Source of the DNA: Ostreococcus lucimarinus | Lineage: Eukaryota | Length of the DNA: 64,000 nt | Strand: one strand, 5' to 3' | Assembly: GCA_000092065.1 (NCBI GenBank) | Contig: CP000588.1 | Shown: one piece after another, positions 59,903 to 64,000 of the stretch | How positions within the stretch are numbered: position 1 is the first letter of the stretch | Layout of the letters: every line of letters begins with the position of its first letter | The notes under the pieces: model-generated | The model's input: the letters and a program-made list of their open reading frames with translations, nothing else | Told to the model about the DNA's origin: nothing | Databases searched by the model: none | Position numbers and translations under genes: made by a program

Positions 59903-62900
59903 ATGTTCGCCGCCGCGAACGTCACCGCGGTCGCCGCGATGCGAAGCGCGCTCCCTGCGTCGTCTTCCGCGTCGTCGTGCGCCCGCATCGCGCGCGCGCA
60001 CCCCGCGCTGGGTTCGTCGTCGAGCGCCTTCGCGTCGCCGATGCCAATCGGCGCGACGCCGCGCCCCGCGCGCGCGACCGCGGGACGCGTGCGCGTCACC
60101 GTGCGCGCGAAAGCATCGGATGGTGATCGACGCGCGAAGACCGGAGATGAGAAAGGGAAGAAGACGAAGACGAAGACGAAGACGAAGTCGACGACGGGGA
60201 AGAGGGAAGGTTCGAGCGGGACGAAGAAGAAGTCATCGAAGGCTCGAACGCCCAAGGGAACGCCGTTCGTCGAAAAGAAGAGGATAGCGGTGAAAGACAC
60301 GTATGTGAGCCCGATCGGGGAGCTGGAGAGAAAGCTTCCGGGGCGCGGGGTGTGGTTTCGTAAGGGGAACGCCACGACGCAGGATGCGCGCCCGGACGGA
60401 TTGGGAGCGAGCTCGAAGCCTTTGCTCACGCCGGGGACACAAGCGTGGTACAAGGAGTGGAAGAGACAGAGAAAGATTGACATTCAAAATAAAGCTAGCA
60501 GAGAGTTGCGAAAGACGGCGCGGAAACCGGTGGAGGATTATGCGAAACCCGGGCAAGCGGCGGGCAAACCCTTGAGCATCGACGAGCTCAAGTACACAGC
60601 GCTGGGGCGGGCGAAGATACAATCGGCACGCCAGCATATTGCGTACAACCGTTTTGTCCACAGCATCTTGAATGAAGAAATCAAGGAGCTTTACGTGAGC
60701 GTGGATGCAGTGGCGAGGTACGCTATCGTGTACAAGGATGGGCGAATAGCGTATTGTCAAGTGGCGCCGCACAACACTGAGGTTTACAATCTGACGCAAA
60801 GCGTCGGATTAGAAATCAACCCAACGATGGCAGAAGCATCGAGCCATACGTTGGCAGCCGTTGGCGATCGCGGGGCGCAGATTCGGACGTTTATTGCTGG
60901 TTACGGTGTTCCTTCGTTAGGCGTTTTCTTCATATGGGCCATCGTCTTTTACATGCAACGTTTCAGAGGTGACTGGGAAGATCGTCAAAAGATTCTCGAG
61001 CTCGAGCGCGCTGAAGAGGCGCAGAGGCAAGCCGAAAAGGGCGATCCGCGTATCAACGCTTTGGTGGAAATGTTACAGAAGATGGATGAGAATGATCCGC
61101 GACGCGACCAAGTCAAGCGCGAGATTCGCAACCGCAAGTCTGCTATCGCGCGTGCGAACGGCGATAAGAAGGATGCGGCGGCGAAGGCGGCCGATGGAGA
61201 CCAAATGGGTGCCGCGAATGCGTTCATGCGAGTTGGCGTCAAGGTAGTTAAGAAGAAGGAAGTTGAGGAGGAAGAGTTGAGTTCGGACGAAGAAGACGAA
61301 GTTGAGGCTTTGATAGACCCAGCCAAAGCTAAGGCTAAGAACAAAGGCCCGAAGAAAGGTCGTGTGAACACCAAGATGAAACTTCGCGACGAAAGCGAAG
61401 TCGTGAAGTTTGACGACGTCGCGGGTATCGGCACGGCGAAGGTTGAACTTCAAGAAGTTGTCGATTTCTTCTTGCAGCCGGAAAAATTCAAAGAGAGCGG
61501 TAGCAAGGTTCCGAAGGGTGTCTTATTGACGGGTCCGCCGGGCTGTGGTAAAACGCTTCTTGCGCGAGCCGTCGCAGGCGAAGCAGGTGCTACTTTCTTC
61601 TCCTTGGCGGCTTCTGAATTCGTGGAGATGTTTGTCGGTGTTGGTGCGGCTCGCGTGCGCGATTTGTTCCAACAAGCCAAAAAGCAATCGCCCTCGATCA
61701 TTTTCATCGATGAGCTAGATGCAGTCGGTCGACCTAGAGGCGGCGGTGGCTCGGGTAACGATGAACGCGACCAGACGTTAAACCAGCTGCTCGTGGAGCT
61801 GGATGGTTTTGGTAGTGACACGCAAATTGTGTGCATTGCAGCGACGAACAGAGTTGACGTTCTCGACAAGGCGCTCATTCGCCCGGGACGTTTCGACCGC
61901 AAAATCGTCATCCCGAAGCCCGATTACACCGGCCGTAAAGAAATTTTACAAGTTCACTGCAAAGGTAAACCGGTCGATTCGAATATTGATTGGAATGCGC
62001 TCTCTGGAGAAACGGAGGGCTTCAGCGGAGCAGCCCTCGCATCGGTCGTGAATCTCGCCGCTCTTCAGGCGGCGAAAAGTTCGCGGGAGTTGGTGACAAT
62101 GGACGATTTTCAAACTGCGCTTGAGATGGAGACGTTAGGCAAGGTTTTACCACAAGGTCTCGGTGAGGAAAACGAGAAGCGTTTGGCGCTCATCCATTCC
62201 GCGGCGGCGGTTGCGTATCGTTGTTTGTGCAATGACATGGGTGACATTTCTTTTGTCACGATCGTGGCTCGAGAAAGCAACGCCGAAGGTCAATTGGCTC
62301 TCGCTGAAAACCCCGTAGCACTGCGTCCTGGAGCGTTTACCAAGGGTTTCATGAGACGTCACTTGCGCGCGTGTTTCGTCCCATCCATCGCTGAGGAGGT
62401 CTTCTACGGTTTCGACAACTGCACGAAGGTTACTGCGCCTTACACCGGTCGTGCGCGAGAAATCGCGAACTTCTTCGTTCACAATGCAGCGATGAGTGAT
62501 GAAAATAGCGAGTTTATGTACTATCCTACTGGCAACGTCATTGAAGTGACTGACTTCTTGCGTGCTGAACGCGAAGAATACCGACTTCCATCGACAACGG
62601 ATGATCGTTACGCCCGAGCAGATGAAGAGGTGCGCCGTTTGATGGAGAGACAATACGCCGCGGCGAGGCGTTTCGTCGAAAAACAAAAAGACGCCATCGA
62701 TGCTCTAGCGAAGGTAGTTATGGAGAAGAAGACTGTGCAGGCGGAAGAGGTTAAGGCGATCATCGACAAGCACGCTATCATGCCTTACGACGACGAAGAA
62801 TTTCCGAGCGCGTTTGCGACGGACCGCAAGCTTCTTAAAGATTGGAACGGTACGAAGCCGGCCGATTACATGGTCGGTGGCTTAGCTCCCACTAGTGATT

Positions 62901-62908
62901 CTGATTAA
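59903..62908 (+). CDS. FtsH-like AAA+ protein lacking the zinc-protease motif (FtsHi, 'inactive FtsH'), 1001 aa, with presequence and a long N-terminal extension.
   Basis: Complete AAA module (Walker A GPPGCGKT, Walker B IIFIDELDAV, second region of homology). In the M41 domain the HEAGH zinc-binding motif is replaced by LIHSAAAV. One TM helix (VPSLGVFFIWAIVFYMQ). Contains a (GAAGAC)n run at 60163..60190. Confidence 0.8.
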   Translation: MFAAANVTAVAAMRSALPASSSASSCARIARAHPALGSSSSAFASPMPIGATPRPARATAGRVRVTVRAKASDGDRRAKTGDEKGKKTKTKTKTKSTTGKREGSSGTKKKSSKARTPKGTPFVEKKRIAVKDTYVSPIGELERKLPGRGVWFRKGNATTQDARPDGLGASSKPLLTPGTQAWYKEWKRQRKIDIQNKASRELRKTARKPVEDYAKPGQAAGKPLSIDELKYTALGRAKIQSARQHIAYNRFVHSILNEEIKELYVSVDAVARYAIVYKDGRIAYCQVAPHNTEVYNLTQSVGLEINPTMAEASSHTLAAVGDRGAQIRTFIAGYGVPSLGVFFIWAIVFYMQRFRGDWEDRQKILELERAEEAQRQAEKGDPRINALVEMLQKMDENDPRRDQVKREIRNRKSAIARANGDKKDAAAKAADGDQMGAANAFMRVGVKVVKKKEVEEEELSSDEEDEVEALIDPAKAKAKNKGPKKGRVNTKMKLRDESEVVKFDDVAGIGTAKVELQEVVDFFLQPEKFKESGSKVPKGVLLTGPPGCGKTLLARAVAGEAGATFFSLAASEFVEMFVGVGAARVRDLFQQAKKQSPSIIFIDELDAVGRPRGGGGSGNDERDQTLNQLLVELDGFGSDTQIVCIAATNRVDVLDKALIRPGRFDRKIVIPKPDYTGRKEILQVHCKGKPVDSNIDWNALSGETEGFSGAALASVVNLAALQAAKSSRELVTMDDFQTALEMETLGKVLPQGLGEENEKRLALIHSAAAVAYRCLCNDMGDISFVTIVARESNAEGQLALAENPVALRPGAFTKGFMRRHLRACFVPSIAEEVFYGFDNCTKVTAPYTGRAREIANFFVHNAAMSDENSEFMYYPTGNVIEVTDFLRAEREEYRLPSTTDDRYARADEEVRRLMERQYAAARRFVEKQKDAIDALAKVVMEKKTVQAEEVKAIIDKHAIMPYDDEEFPSAFATDRKLLKDWNGTKPADYMVGGLAPTSDSD

Positions 62909-62951
62909 TACAATCCTATTGATTGATTCAAGACTTACACATAACTAATAA

Positions 62952-63989
62952 CTAATAATCCGACGTGGAAAGCCCAAGCGCGTCGCACACGCTTCGCATG
63001 TCGCTCGGCATCTTTGCCTGAAACGTAAGCGATTCACCTGTTTCTGGATGCTTGAGCTCGAGATTGAACGCGTGAAGAGCTTGTCTTCGAATACTCAAAG
63101 CCCCACCCCAATCGTCGTACGGTTCTCGCGCGTCTCGACTGTCCGGAGGCGTCAGTTGGTGCATCTGCGTCGGATTTTCAGAGTTGCACGCGGCGAGTTG
63201 CGCCGCACTCCAAACCATTTTCGGTTTTTCTTCATCGCTTTGCGCACTCCATCGCAAGTGCGGCCCATACAGCGCATCGGATACAATAGGCAAGCCTGCA
63301 TGCGCCAAGTGCACGCGAATCTGATGCGTTCGACCTGTCAGCGGCGTCACGCGAACGAGCGCGGCGACGGCGGCCGGCGGAGCTCGCGGCGACGCTGTCA
63401 TAGGCGACACCCCTTTTGGCGTCGTCATCGCGGCCACGCTTTCGTCCTTGATATCGAACAGCGAAGTACTCGCACGAGCGATGATTTCGCACGTCGTTCT
63501 CGCGTCTTTTCCTTCTCCGCTGAAATCAACCGTGCGCGCTTCCTGCACGATTCCGTGGTCACCGATGGGCGCGTCTACGATGAAGCTGTCGCCGCAATCA
63601 GGCGGCACGACACCCACAGACACGGCCAGGTACGTCTTCTTCGCCGTCTTCTCTTGAAACTGTCCCGCTACATTCGCCACCAAGTGCTGCTTCTTCACGA
63701 ACACGGCCACGCCCGAGGTGTCCATATCGAGTCTATGCACGATGTACGGCGTCGCCCCGTCCATATGGTGCAACGCCCGCGACAACAACGAATTCCCCTC
63801 AAATCTATGATTCGGATGAAACCTCAGATTCGGCGGTTTATTCACCACCAAAAACTCATCATTCTCAAACACCACGTCCAACGGCGTCTCGTCTCGCACC
63901 AATTCAATCGCTAAACTCGCCCTCCGCAGCGTCGTCTTCACTCGCGCCGTCGGCACCCCCAGCGCCTCCGCGCACGCCTCCGCCGTCAT
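62952..63989 (-). CDS. RluA-family pseudouridine synthase (possibly continuing beyond the window end).
   Basis: Catalytic HRLDMDTSGVAVF (Asp nucleophile) and RluA-family blocks. The listed ORF starts 11 nt from the window edge. Confidence 0.75.
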   Translation of the reverse strand: MTAEACAEALGVPTARVKTTLRRASLAIELVRDETPLDVVFENDEFLVVNKPPNLRFHPNHRFEGNSLLSRALHHMDGATPYIVHRLDMDTSGVAVFVKKQHLVANVAGQFQEKTAKKTYLAVSVGVVPPDCGDSFIVDAPIGDHGIVQEARTVDFSGEGKDARTTCEIIARASTSLFDIKDESVAAMTTPKGVSPMTASPRAPPAAVAALVRVTPLTGRTHQIRVHLAHAGLPIVSDALYGPHLRWSAQSDEEKPKMVWSAAQLAACNSENPTQMHQLTPPDSRDAREPYDDWGGALSIRRQALHAFNLELKHPETGESLTFQAKMPSDMRSVCDALGLSTSDY

Positions 63990-64000
63990 TCGCTCCCCAT

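Noticed and set aside
1-64000. Interpretation as a prokaryotic genomic island or operon cluster, given bacterial-type CodA, CarB, ArgJ, tricorn, the YR integrase and an RLP.
   Set aside because: Spliceosomal introns are required in at least eight genes. Unmistakably eukaryotic proteins are present (Rab5 with CC-tail, MED10, CWC25, LSm7, TRAPPC6, CCT2, DCP2, sorting nexin, B-box). There are presequences on the plastid-type enzymes and no Shine-Dalgarno or operon organisation.

Overview
This window is eukaryotic nuclear DNA, not a prokaryotic locus. It is GC-rich (roughly 60-65% by eye) and extremely gene-dense, with about 42 protein-coding genes in 64 kb on both strands. The products are mostly conserved eukaryotic housekeeping proteins plus several plastid-associated ones, and the intergenic spacers are very short. 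Plant/plastid-type genes point to a compact green alga of the Mamiellophyceae type (Micromonas/Ostreococcus-like); this is an inference. These are VIPP1, FLU, a protease-dead FtsH (FtsHi), ArgJ, a stand-alone bacterial-type CarB, a B-box zinc finger, an ARA7-like Rab5, a RUS/DUF647 protein and a RuBisCO-like protein. Several genes need short spliceosomal introns (82-260 nt) to restore conserved N-termini or motifs, and these introns share a recognisable architecture: a GT[A/G]CG donor, an ACTGAC branch site about 25-35 nt before a CAG acceptor. I found no rRNA, tRNA, CRISPR array or classical transposon. The most unusual items are: (1) a 562-aa ORF with a complete tyrosine-recombinase (phage-integrase/Crypton-like) catalytic domain sitting among housekeeping genes; (2) a RuBisCO-like protein fused to a C-terminal cupin domain; (3) a full-length tricorn-protease homolog; (4) FtsHi; (5) a bacterial-type cytosine deaminase; (6) a perfect 51-bp in-frame tandem duplication inside an aminotransferase; (7) two structured tandem repeats in divergent promoter regions; (8) a roughly 1-kb AT-rich island; and (9) numerous head-to-head gene pairs with start codons only 64-140 bp apart. 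The many long ORFs antisense to real genes are GC-composition artefacts.
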